From assembly GCA_051362555.1 (NCBI GenBank), contig CM120646.1, forward strand, positions 3,596,001 to 3,660,000: DNA of 64,000 nucleotides, given 5' to 3'. Below the pieces are notes generated by a model that did no database searches, had not been told where the DNA came from, and saw only the letters and a list, made by a program, of their open reading frames with translations. This DNA comes from Lingula anatina (Eukaryota; Animalia; Brachiopoda). The number at the start of each line of letters is the position of its first letter. The first letter of the stretch is position 1. Below, piece after piece: positions 13,407-26,086 of this stretch. The position numbers were made by a program, and so were the translations under genes.

Positions 13407-16400
13407 ATGATCATCCGTGAGTGTTCTCTAGGTAAGTTATCTCAATGTCCATTTATTACACAATTTATAGATGCAGCTCCTCCTCCTGTCAGAAACTAGG
13501 CCGTAATTCTGCAACTGATTGCATTTTCTTGTGTGATTTGTACTGTTTGTTTCTCCATTTAATTTAAAAGATATTGATTTACGGTTTCTCACTCAATTGC
13601 ATTTTCTTACGTGACATGCACAATTTGTTTCTCTATTTAATGTGTAAGATATTGGTTTTAGATTCCCTCACTCTTGAACTAAAAAGGCATTGAAATCCGT
13701 ACTGTTTCTAAAAACAAAAGGGTGAATAAAAAGTTTATTTGAAGATACAAGGTTAAATGGGCAGTGCTAAAAAAAACGAGGGTCATGGTAACAGAGCGTC
13801 CGCCCTCCATTAAATTCGTACAGGTTAGGGTTATCGTGACGTAGGTGGGTCATATCTAGGATGAAGTTTACATGTACAAATCAATGGTATCCCGTATCAC
13901 TAGGGGCTTTGGTACGTGACATGCTTCTAACGCGTAACTGCACCATTGTATTGTAGCGCTAGTACTGTTGGTTAGCGTCTGGGCGTTCCCCAAACCTCCT
14001 CGAACCATACCGCCCGCGAACCCCAGCGACCCTGGCCGTCTGCCGGATGGCATACAAAAACGAGTTCTCGTTCTAGGTAAGTTTTCAAAAGGAGTTTAAA
14101 AAGGAGTTAACTCAGAGCTATCTGCGAACCTATAGGCCTATCTCGATCGGTGCCTCTTATTAATGCATTTTGTACTGTATTTTTGATCCTGGAACTTACG
14201 TTTGTAACCTGATAAATTGTTCTCTCACTAGTTCCAGTATCAGATTTATATACATATTTGTCACTCTAATTCTACTGGATGACTGAATACATCCATTCAT
14301 TAGTAGAGCATGTTCATACCATACATCTATTTAATTTTTGTTACTGCAATCATAGGATCTATCTATTTCGTTTCATATCGTGTATGTTTTCATTATTGTT
14401 GAATAACAACGTTTTAAACGTATCTTACCCATATTTTATGAAGCACGATTTAAACTAAAGTGACGCAACCGCACCGTACAGGCTTTCTTATGGAATGAAC
14501 TATTTTTATACGCACTTTACCAAGGTGGGGGCTTAGCTGGCCTCTCAGCTGCACTAGAGCTCGCGGAACGTGGCTATGACGTCACAGTTAAGGAGAAGAG
14601 TGACGTGTTCGGCGGGAAATTGTTTACCAGAAGGGTCGACATTCCAGGGCTTGGAGCTTTTGACGTCGAGCATGGCTTTCATGGTAGGGGGCTGCAGGGA
14701 CTGGGCATTATTCAGCCCTCGGGTCGGCGTCAAATTAAATGTTTTTTAAAGGGTCCATAAAATAATTGTTCTCTAAATTCTTCAAAATGAAAAAGAAAAG
14801 TTTTGGGAGGGGTTGGGGGAGATTATTTGTGAAAGAAAATCAGATCAGGTTGAGGTAAGACAGAACACAGATTTGCTAACAAATTGCTATTCAGACGAAT
14901 CGTTCAGAAAACGACCTATACGGGCTTTCTAAGTTATCAAACGACTTATATTTTTCATTAAATATGCGTTATTCATTAATCCTTGGAAAAAATCTTTATA
15001 AGTGGACTAATCAATATGTTCCTCTCAAGACCCTATTCTACATAGTTTTGTTTTAAAATACATTTTTTCTCAGTTCACATTCTCATTTCACAATCTATTT
15101 ATAATTTGCCATTCCGTAGCATGGTTCTTTAATTACCATCAATTCAAAGACATTCGCCAGCGTCTGAAAATCGACAACAATTTTCGGGTATGGAAGGCCG
15201 TCCACTACATCTTCTTGGACTACAAGCCGGAGACGATTTACAGCGAGGGACCTTATCCGCTCAACCTTTTAGGTAAGCTAGAGACCACAGTTTCTATATA
15301 TAAAATAATGTTAATCAAAAATTTAGCTTTTTAACACACGTAACTATTGTATGAAAAAAAAAAGAAAGAGAGAGGGGCGTATCCGTTAGCTAGAAACTAG
15401 TGAACATTAGGATGGGGCGTATACGTTCAACCAACTTAAACCCAACGAATGGAGTGGGGGCATTTTCGTTTAAGCTACTGGTGTGGGTGAGCTTAAACCA
15501 AATGGAATTTGGGATGGGGCATATTCGTTCAACCCATGGGTAGGCTAGAGACTATCGGACTTATGGAGAGGGCATATCCGAAACTAGGGACACTGAAGTT
15601 CTAAAGACCAGGGCACACTATTTCCTTCACTTTTTCTACTAAAATACTCATTGTCACTCATTGACTGGGTCAAAGAAATTATGCGTAATATTCAGCCCTT
15701 GTGTTACAATCCCAACTTTAGATCTTGTGTTACACGGGACTCAGAGTATTAATGAGACCTTGGACATAAATTCGTTATTATGTCCAAGATGAGGCCCTGA
15801 AGTTTTGTTACATCAGCCTGACACCATTGTGTCCAACGGACACCAAATGACCTTTCAGGTAACCATCTTGCCCTGGATTGTATGCACCAGTGTCCTCATC
15901 TCTTATGACAAAGGAAGCAGTCGTCACTTTATCAGGTTCAGTAAATAGATCCACTTAAATTGGTCGGGGCGTAGTCTAGAGGTGTCGTCAAACAAGGCCG
16001 ACTGCCTTTCATCTTGTTATCAAGGGCCTTTAATCAGATTGTCAAGGTCTCAAATGACTTGACGCCACGTGACTAAGGGCTCATTCCCAACGAAACTATC
16101 GTTCCACATAGATCGATCCGACATATCGGGGATTTTTGCTTATTATTATTATTATAGATGTGATGATTTTGCTGCTCCTCTCCTGTAGTAAGTGGTATAC
16201 CATTATCCTCAATGCCCTACTATGCTGTACTTCAATCACATACTAAAGGTTTCAAGACACAATGCTTAATTATTGAATTATTTATATTTTGATATGATAT
16301 AACAATATGAGCGAATTTGAATTAAATATAATATATGGCCAATGAAAAAATATATGGATACTAGTGGCAATACTAGCAACTAAATAATTAACTAATACGG

Positions 16401-19400
16401 TTGGGTGTTCGAAATAAGAAAGATTAAGCTTTGACCAATAGCAGCCTGTGTTTCATTTAATGCTGAAAATGATAAGGTTATTTCCATTCTTTTGATTAAT
16501 CTTAAAGCACGTAGTGCCTTTATTTATTATATCATTCTAGGCATTATCAGTAGGAGCCCCAATATCAAACTGACGGACGCTATTCTCTCCAGTCTAATGT
16601 TGCCAGATCTGGATTTTTTCGACTACGACACAGTGTATCAAAAGTAAGTACTGAAAGTTAAGTCTGCATCCGGGTCTTTGTAAGAAAATTGATTCATTAA
16701 TCTTTTATAGACAACGGCTTTGTTTAAAACATTAGGGCACTGTCTGTTTTTATTATCAATTTATAATTTATCACATTGGCATTTATTGTACCTGTAGACT
16801 GGAAGGTTTTTGACAAAGTTATTGGATTAGCGATTTTAGCACCATTACACTGTCTCGTCTTGTACATATGCTGTTGCATAAAGTAACTTTTGCCTCAAAA
16901 TGTGATGATGATTTTGTCTTTTGACCAAAGTGACACAAAAAGGATATTTTCCAAGAATAATATACGCAAACAAATAAGATACCCACATGACGAAAAATGA
17001 TCTGTGGAATAATAACAATAATATCATTGTTTTTAAGGTATGATAACATAACATTTGACCAGTGGGCCACCATGCGTGGCGTGCAACGAGATCTGAACGA
17101 TATTCTCCTTCGTCCCGCCCTCTCTGTGACCTTGAACGAACCCAGGGCCATCAGTGCAGCTGAGATGCTCATGTAATTATACTTATATGATTTATGATTA
17201 TAACTTAAAGAATGCTTAATAAAACGGAAAACTAACTTTAAAATAACAATATTGGGTTTGAAGTTTTGGTGTATAGAGGGTTTGATTAAAAATAAATAAT
17301 GCCCCGACTGAACTTCAAAAGTGATGTATACATGTATGCTTTATACCGGAACACGTATCTCAAATTATTCGCTATGGTTTATAGTTTATTGTTGACATTT
17401 AATACCTCTGGCACCTCTGGTGTTTAATAAAAGTAATGTTCAAAAAGGCATATATTTTTGATACTAGGAATATTTTACCTGTTTCCCCGTTTCAATTAAG
17501 ACCAATCTAGTAAGTGGAGAGGGGGCGCAATATTTCCTATTAAATTAATACAGGTAAAATTTAGTGTAATTTGTGCTCCATAGATGAATAAATTATCAGA
17601 TTTGAAGCATATTTTAACATAGGTACATGCAGCTCTATTTCCTGACCAATGCGGAGGCTGACCACCGCGAGGTGACCATATACAGCTTTGGGAAAGCCAT
17701 CCTGCAGCCCTGGCTTGATCGGCTGTCCGAGCTCCATGTGAAGTAATTAATTTTTTTATAAAAAATGTTTGTAAGAACAGGCCCGTAGCCAAGGGGGTTC
17801 GAAAGAACCACCCCTTTTGCTGGGAAAAGGTCCACTCTGGGTAAAATATAATCGAGGTACATGAAGTTTTTTTATGGAAAAAGGTCCACTTTTTCAGAAA
17901 AAAAAAAAACCTTTTGAAATTGCTGGCTACGGGCCTGTAAGAATCTGAACAGCGCATGGGTAAGGTACTATTTTACATTATAGTGTGAGCAGGGGACTAT
18001 CAATAATAATAATAATAAGATTCTTATATGGCGCCTTACATTCTATCTCAAGGCGCCTTACAATAATGGCTAATATACTAAAATCATTAAAATGACTACA
18101 ATATTTTAATCATAAACTCTCATTGGAAACCATTTAAAATTTACACTACTAAAAATCAATCTTATTAAAAAACATATATATATTTAAATAAAATCTAAGA
18201 GACATAGACAGAATTAAAAATGTCAATTAGTTTAAATAAATCTTGCGTGAAATTTCGAATAAAATGTTTTACACCATTGATAATCCAGACACAAAAATCA
18301 TTAATTTATATTTAACGCGCAATGAATAGGAATACAGTTCTTTGCAATATTATGTTAACATGAAAGACCGTCAGTCTACAGCTGTACACGTGTTCCTATT
18401 CTAACAGGTTGCATTCCAACTATTCAGTTGAGCGTCTAACCATAAGTGACCAAGGACAGGTGACCGGTGATAGCAAGGACGCTGTCGTGTATGATCACGT
18501 GGTTTCAGCGATGGACATCGTGGGCACGCAAAGCGTTCTGAATGCGACTTTGTCTTATTACGGCAATAAACCCATAATAACGGATAGTCTGTCTAAACTA
18601 TGGAGTAAAGTGTCTCGCATGAAGTTAGCCCCACCTTATAAGGTAGGCACAGTTAACGTTCTCTACAATTATGCAATTACAGACTTCTTTTGAAAAGGTA
18701 ACATTTTGGCGATTACTTCATTCAAATACATATCTTCTAAAAAGCTCGTCTGATATCATCGTTTTCTGATGAAGCATTGTCAGTTGTACACGTTAAGCGG
18801 ACACTCAAACGCCTGATGATTCAAATACAAAGTGAATACTGCTTTTAAAATTTATATTCACACATAAAGGATACTTATTTCAGACCTAATTTATCAGAAA
18901 GAAAAAAGAGAGCAAACCTGATTATATTTTTGCACCCCTTTCCGCCAGGTTCTCCGTGTTTGGTTCGACAAGCAGCTCAACGCGTCCACACCAGATATTC
19001 TCGAGACTCCCCAACACACCCCAGTCAACCTCGTGGCGCAGTACCACCGCCTGGAACAAGAGGCCAGCGCCTGGGCCAACAAGACCGGTGGTTCTGTACT
19101 GGAATTCCACCTTTACAAATGGGCGCACGGCGACGTTACAGACGATCAAGTGTGGACAATAATTTCTCCCACGGTGAAGCTGATTTATCCAGAGATTTTC
19201 GAAAGGATGTTCAATATTTTAGGCTACCATGTCAACTCGTTTGAGAACTTTTCATCTTTTGAACTCAACTTGCAGATGTTCCGGCCTAATTCGTCCTTCC
19301 CAATGGAATGTGGTCTGCCAAATTTGCATCTTGCCGGTGATTGGTTAAAAACGGCGTATCCTTCCGCGTTGATGGAGAGGGCGGTGTCAACAGGCCGAGA

Positions 19401-19485
19401 GGCAGCCAACCAGATTTTACTATCTGATCGCGTGAAACAAGTAGAGCTCATCGTGACATCTTCTAAGGGTCCAGGAATACTGTAA
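13407..19485 (+). CDS. CrtU-like (isorenieratene synthase / carotenoid phi-ring synthase family) FAD-dependent oxidoreductase with signal peptide; 9 exons, 528 aa
   Basis: Exons 13407-13431, 13957-14076, 14525-14683, 15120-15272, 16541-16643, 17038-17172, 17623-17742, 18408-18642, 18949-19485; all GT-AG and in phase, 1587 nt. Rossmann motif RVLVLGGGLAGLSAALELAERG...EK...GGK, then VEHGFHAWFFNY, SAAEML, APPYKVLRVWFD, WANKTGGSVLEFHLY and LAGDWLKTAYPSALMERAVSTGREAAN; I recognise these as CrtU-family motifs from memory. The 25-nt first exon is the least certain. Confidence 0.88.
17778..17937 (-). mobile_element. MITE family A copy in intron 7 of the CrtU-like gene, with 6-bp TSD TAAGAA
   Basis: taagaa|caggcccgtagcc ... 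ggctacgggcctg|taagaa; reverse orientation relative to the 3010 copy. Confidence 0.85.
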
Positions 19486-22400
19486 AATCACCATCAACAT
19501 TTAACATCTATATTCAGTTTGATTACAAATTAATTTGCTGCAAATGCACTATTGCATTTATATAATTCAGACAATTAGTTTAACACAGAAAAACTGGCTA
19601 GTTTCATTGAGCTCCATATTTGGCCACTTCTATGATCAGCGTACGACCAAACTGACATTTCCATGAAATTAATTAATTAATCTTGGTCGAATTGTTTGGC
19701 ATATTACCGTAAATTTTATTTCAATTCAAATTCTAATTTGAAATCTGGACGCAGATATGTAATTAATTTAAAAAAATATTTTCACTTGTACAACTTGCAA
19801 CTGATTTTAATGGGTCGAACTGGCTAACGGGTGGAAGGTAAGAGAATGCACCCTGGTAGCATTTTATGATAATCTGAATGTACAATCAACTGCTTTCAGT
19901 TTAAAGACATACATGTACAGCGTAGATAGTTATATTACTTTAAAATATATATTTGACATGCAGGGAGTGATACTTAGAACCCTGGAGTGGTAAAAAAAGA
20001 CGATATTTACTTCAACATTATCTAAACACTATTAACATGTTCTTTCTGGATTAAAACGTTTGCAGTCCTTCACATTGAGGCATTACTCGGATTTATTATT
20101 AAAATAACACAATCTGATTTTTTTGTAAGTGCATGGAATGAACTTGTTACTTGAGTGGCAATCCAGGTTCATCGCCAATACACTGACATACATGTAAATA
20201 ATTTAATTATTAAAATTTGCTTAAGTCTGGATACACCGCCTGTTGTCTAAAATTGAAGATTCCAATTCATATTTTCAATACCTTGATGTACCATACTCTC
20301 AAAATGACCAAGGGAAAAAAGAGCACATGGGTCATATATCACATCAAAATTTCTAGATTGATCACTATTATTTACATTTCAACTTTTTGTCACATTCTTC
20401 TATCTGACCTTTTTCTTGCTTGTAAATATCACAAGGACACTGCTTGTTGCTCTTTCTGCCAATCTTTTAACCTGTCCAAGTGCCTTTTGATCTTGACAGT
20501 TCAGAAACACAAATTTTGATTAGTAATTGCCTCAATCTTTTAATTACCATCAATTTAGAAATAATATTTCCATCATTTGCTAATTTCAATATTCTGTAAG
20601 TATTTCCCATTTCCTCTATTTGATATCAACTTTTTCATGTTCTTCACACTTGACGGTTCAAATGTTGTGCAACTTATGCAATTAAGTGCACATTGCTTGT
20701 TGCTACTCCTGTACAAGTCCTAGCAAGTCCTTTAATCTGTCCAAGTGCAAGCTGATCCTCAGTCCTTGTACACTGAAAGTAGTAAGCAATATTCTAAAAT
20801 GTGCAGTCACTATTGATTGAGTAACAATTTTTCTTTCTCTTTGAAACTAAGAGAAAAACTTGAAAAGGCATTTTGCCTATGTACAGCATACAATATTACA
20901 CAATTTATACACCAAATTGCTGTTTTATTTTTCAGTCTGTGTATTTAATATGTTATCAGAAATTTATATTGTACTGTATGAAAAATAAGAAACAAGAAGA
21001 GAAAGTTTTAAAAAATCTAACTTCTATCAACTAGAAGAATCTAGGAATTTCTAAAAAGTATCCAACTTTTATAATCCAGAAAAATCCAAGGATTTCTGGG
21101 AAGAATCTAACTTCTATGAGCCTCTCTTTACAGAACTTACACAAGATAAGAAAAGGAAAATTGGTAATTAAACTAATAAAATCAAGAGAAACGTTGGCAA
21201 CTGACTGAATTGAAAATGGCAATGACAAAAGAAAAATAAATATAAGACAACTAAGTAGGACACTTACTCCATGATTCCATGACAATTCTTGCAAGGGACT
21301 CTACTTGCCTTCAAGGTGTAAGGTGACACACCACCTACAAGAGCCACCCATCACCACTCCAATCTGTTCCAATTCATCTAAAATCTCTGGTTTCAACCTC
21401 CATCTCTCTTCTCCTGGGGGTTTCTTGACTGACCCCTCTTTTTGTTAGCAACAGGGACTGTATTGCACAGTTCACCTTGTGGAGTTTGCTTGAACATTTC
21501 TGCAAGTATACCACTACATGTCACAGGCACAGTCCCAATCCAGGCACATCCTAAATGCACCAATCCCAATTTGGCATAATACACTTACTGTTAAAAGCAG
21601 CACAACCCTATATTTTAACTAATTTACAGGTAAGAAAATGGTTACCAGTGATTTGGAGTTTAATTTTTAGTAAGACCTGATTGCCATATAATTTGATCAA
21701 AGAAAGCAAATGAAATGGAATATTCCATTTAAACTATTAGTAAATTCAATGCTGCTTTGTATATATGCCATTGCAAAGGACACCAACGCAAACTGGCCTC
21801 TGACCTAGTGTAAATGAGTCTCTAACCTGTAAAATAGTAACATGCACCTTACTTATAAACTTCTGCTTTTAAAAATGCATTATGCTCAATAATACATGTA
21901 TATGAATCTGCCTGAATTAGGATTGAGCCTGCGATATGTATTCACTCGTGGAAGGGAACCTTGTTACATAATATGATAAACTTTGAATATTAAAATGTTT
22001 TTTTTTCTCTTGTATTTATATACATTTGAAATGCCACTGAAAACATGAACATTTTTATGCCATTTTTTCATATAGTATTTTAAAACAATTTTTAATTAAT
22101 ATTACACAACAGCTGCAGCCATGTCATCAACAGAAATGAGGATACATATGAAATACCCCAAAATTTATTTAAACTTTCAACAGAAGACAGCATTAGTTTC
22201 ATACAAATAAACAACTGGCAGCAGTCAGAAATTCTTGAGAAACGGATATATATCTGTTATCTGGATGGGCCTTAATGTAGACATGGAAAGAAATTAAATT
22301 ATTCACATAAAGTAACTGTAGAGCATTAAGAAGAATGTTGGACAACTACACATGAGATCTATTCAGGCCTACAACAAGAGTCCCCCTCCTATAGTTCAAA

Positions 22401-25127
22401 CTAAGGGAATCTACAATCTACTGCCTCGACTCAAAGGACCATGAAGTTCACTAATATCTCATAAAGAGAATGGACAATACATTCACATTACCACCAAAAC
22501 CTTGAAAGGCCAGTTTTTATTCTAGAAAGAATACTTCCTAGCATCAGTGGTACAAAACACATCATTGAAACACTTCAATGCCTTGAATGGACTCAACCAT
22601 GTACTGGGGTTCATTATGACACATACAGTAGTCTCATTTAATATTACATTAAAGTTGTGAAGATGCTAAGATAATGGGTAAGTCAGGACCACTGCCCATT
22701 GTTATCAGCAACCCTAAAGAAATCATGGCACTTACTGTCATAATATCTTTCTTGTCAAAAGATCAGGACATGTGTAAGCCTTCCAAAACAATAAAGGAAG
22801 AAAGAATGGAATGCAGAATAGCAAGGTCTTTGACATTGAAAAGGACGCAATTTCCCTCATGTATAACATACTTTATAAGATACCTCATGATCCACACCTA
22901 TACTTTGCTTAATTCAACAAAGAAAACCCTTTATGTGTACATATAGAAAAATTGCATTGCCATCAATGAGAAAAGAGAACGAACAATACATTCATACGGC
23001 AAAAACCTGGAAAGACCATTTTTTTTAGAAGGAATGTCTGTATCTTCTTGCATCAGTGGTAGCCAACACCACATTAAATTACTAAAATGTCTTCAGTAGC
23101 CCAGGTGGGTGCTCTTGCATTTGACAAGATGAAAATTAAAGATGGACTTGTCTGATCTTCAAAAACTAATGACCTGGTAGGGTTTGTAGACTTGAACACA
23201 GCAGAGGTAAAAGATCCCTCCAATCCAGCCCCCTCATCTTCATCAGTGCAGTAACTTGCCTTGCATATCACCCAGAAGCATCACCAAAAATGCGAAATGT
23301 CACAGTGAAAATGCATTAATGTGTCACACACCATTTCAAAAGTCTTCCACTTTACAGAGCCCCTTGGCAAATGAAAAAATTATTCAACATAACATCACAA
23401 ATCATTTGGTTTATGTAAACTCATCACACATCATCTTATATAATTGACCATACATAAATAAAATTGCCTTCCTTACTTTTCATCAACTGAAATTTAATAA
23501 TATATATTATGTATATTTAAGAAAATGGCACAACTGTTCCCTTGATAGGAGAAATGATTTCAGGCCCATACATAATGAAATTGGTGCTCTAAGAGTTACT
23601 GATGCTCCGTTTGTGCTACTACATGCACTGTTGATGTCTTTACAGATATTTTGAAGTCACTTCACATGGTAACTGCAGGCTGGGGAAATTGCGGTTTAAC
23701 TGTGAAGCAAGTACCCTTATAATACATTCAGTTTTGTAACAGATGAGAAGTAAACTGAGAAGTGAATTGAATGAACAACTGATTTGTATTGGTTATACCC
23801 ATTACACTAGAGCAATGTAATATGTTTTATCATGGATGTTAAAAAATCTGAAGTAATTTCATACATTACCTTTTTGAGGGAAAATGTCTTCTTAGAATTA
23901 TTGAAGAATGAAGTGTAAGGATATACACTAGTGATCTGGAAGAACTGATCATTGCAGGATTAAAAGAAAAATCTGACTTTTTGAAAAAAACATCGTCTAC
24001 ATGAGATCAATGAACACTGGAAGTGAAATTTTTTAACGTTTTTAATAAAACTTGGCAATTGTACATATAAATACGAATAAGAAAATAGAAAAAACACATG
24101 GTATCCATGTTTCACAGTTTCATCCCATTCATTGTGCAAAGCATGGTTAAATAAGAATAAGAGAAATTTTATAGAACACCAGTCAATCATTGGCAGCTTG
24201 GCAACTGGCATGAGGGTTAATACCGGGGAGGTTTCTCATGTCACTCATTGGGGACCAAGAAAAACACTATTATAATGGCAAGAGGCAGGGCATGTGCCTC
24301 TGGGGGGGGGGGGGACAATTTATCCACAGCCAGCTCATCTTTCACAACAAAAAAAATATATATTTCAAATAACTCCACATAGACTACACTGTTGTGGTTG
24401 TGGATTGTGCAGTGGACAGTGCGCCACCTATGAGAAAGAAAAAGAGCAGCGGAAAATTTAAGAAGAGATTCACTCAGATTCACTCCACTGAGAGACCGCC
24501 ACAGAGGCAACTCATCCTGTGCAGCTATTCTTCAATCAGCCAACATTCCTAAGCTCATCCTACTGCATCAAGCCACTTGGTGTATATAGTAGAGACAGGC
24601 TAGGAGCTATTTGGAGATCTCATAGGAGTCCTAAAGGTGGAAAATTTATGGTAAGTTGTTCACACCCCCGATCAGGGTGTGGCAACCGCCTTTGTGCATC
24701 ACTGCTAGTTAGACTGTAGTTGTCACAAGAATAAGTGAATTTAGCCACTCGGGTTCACTTTAACACTGAAAGTCAACAGTGTTTTAGTATTGGAATATTA
24801 CGCCATGTCTCACTGGCAATGCCAGCCATAAACAAAGAAATAGATGCCCTTGTTAAGAAAGTGTGAAGTCAAAATGCTGAACATTGTGATCAGAGTTTTT
24901 TCCTTCCTTCACCTGGTCTGCTCTTCATGCGCCAAGATAGGCCACCACAGGTGAGTGAGTTAGGCCAGGTGGGGACAGCACGCCCCCTGCAGGAGATTGT
25001 CTACATTGTGACATCATAACTGTCACACATCCATTGTCTCAGATCCTCCACTCCAAATCGGACGTGTCAAGATCGACGATCCCAAATATTCTGTCAAAAG
25101 CCTAACAATAGCCAGTGATCACTCACC

Positions 25128-26086
25128 AATAGAGTCTTTTCCACGAAATCGTGAGCATGCGCAGTTCGCGCCATTTTGTGCGGGACTGTTTCTCAGGGGG
25201 AAAGAGTAGAAGGGGCCTTCGGTACTTTTGTAGTATACCCCCCCCACCCTGTAACTTTCTGTAACTTTCACTTTTCAAACAGTTTTTTACATTTTATTGT
25301 TTATCTATGTCAAAGCTGTTGAAATAAAATGCTTTTGTAATTACCTGTGGACTTTTTATTAGTGTTAATCACGTTTAATCCAGCCCATTGAAATACAAAG
25401 TTAGAATCTTCAATTTACACTCGCAGTCAATAACTTGCCGCATTTTCGTTGGCTAACCCTAAGATAATTTTATGTGAACAAGTAGCTCATAATAATTTCA
25501 CAGAGGAAATCCAAGTATACAATGTATCAATCCTATGTTCACATAAAATAAGGTACATGTAGAGTTAGCCAACGAAAACGCAGCAAGCTGCGGTTACATT
25601 GTAAATTTTCACATTGTTTTTCAATGGGGTGGATTAAACGTGATTAAAACTAATAAAAAAGACCACAGGTAATTACAAAAACATTTTATTTCAACAGCTT
25701 TGACATAGGTGCAAAAGACACTGTAAAAAAATGTTTGAAAAATGAAAGTTTCAGGAAGTTACAGGGTGGGGGGGGGGGGTATACTACAAAAGTACCGAAT
25801 GTCCTATCTTTGCTGTCGATGAGGTACGTTTTTAGTTCTTTCATTGAAAAGTCATCAGGTACTTCTGCTAAATTTCTATTCCAACTGCTCCCATGAATGT
25901 TTTCGAAAAAAATCAGGTATTAACATGTTACGAAACTTTGAAAATTCAGATTGAAATGAGCACTCCTCGATATGGCGTCCGTCGTGTACACTCCACACTT
26001 TCCCCCTGAAACTTCAAATCCCGCAAAATCTCGCGTTCCCACGGATAATTTAGCGGAAGTCACGTGACCGTGGAAAAGACTCTATT
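25128..26086. mobile_element. Non-autonomous TIR element containing an internal ~580-bp fold-back palindrome (25218-25799)
   Basis: Outer perfect inverted repeat aatagagtcttttccacg / cgtggaaaagactctatt. Inner arms ttcggtacttttgtagtatacccc... / ...ggggtatactacaaaagtaccgaa pair imperfectly over about 240 bp. Confidence 0.8.

Noticed and set aside
13921-13956. ATG at 13921 as the start of the CrtU-like gene
   Set aside because: Out of frame and stops at TAG 13954-13956, which instead serves as the splice acceptor.
15370-15585. Loose ggggcgtat(a/c)cgtt repeats in intron 4 of the CrtU-like gene
   Set aside because: Degenerate minisatellite or TE end with no definable unit or boundaries.
13407-19485. 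Bacterial contamination as the source of the CrtU-like sequence
   Set aside because: Eight canonical spliceosomal introns, a host MITE in an intron and continuity with animal genes.
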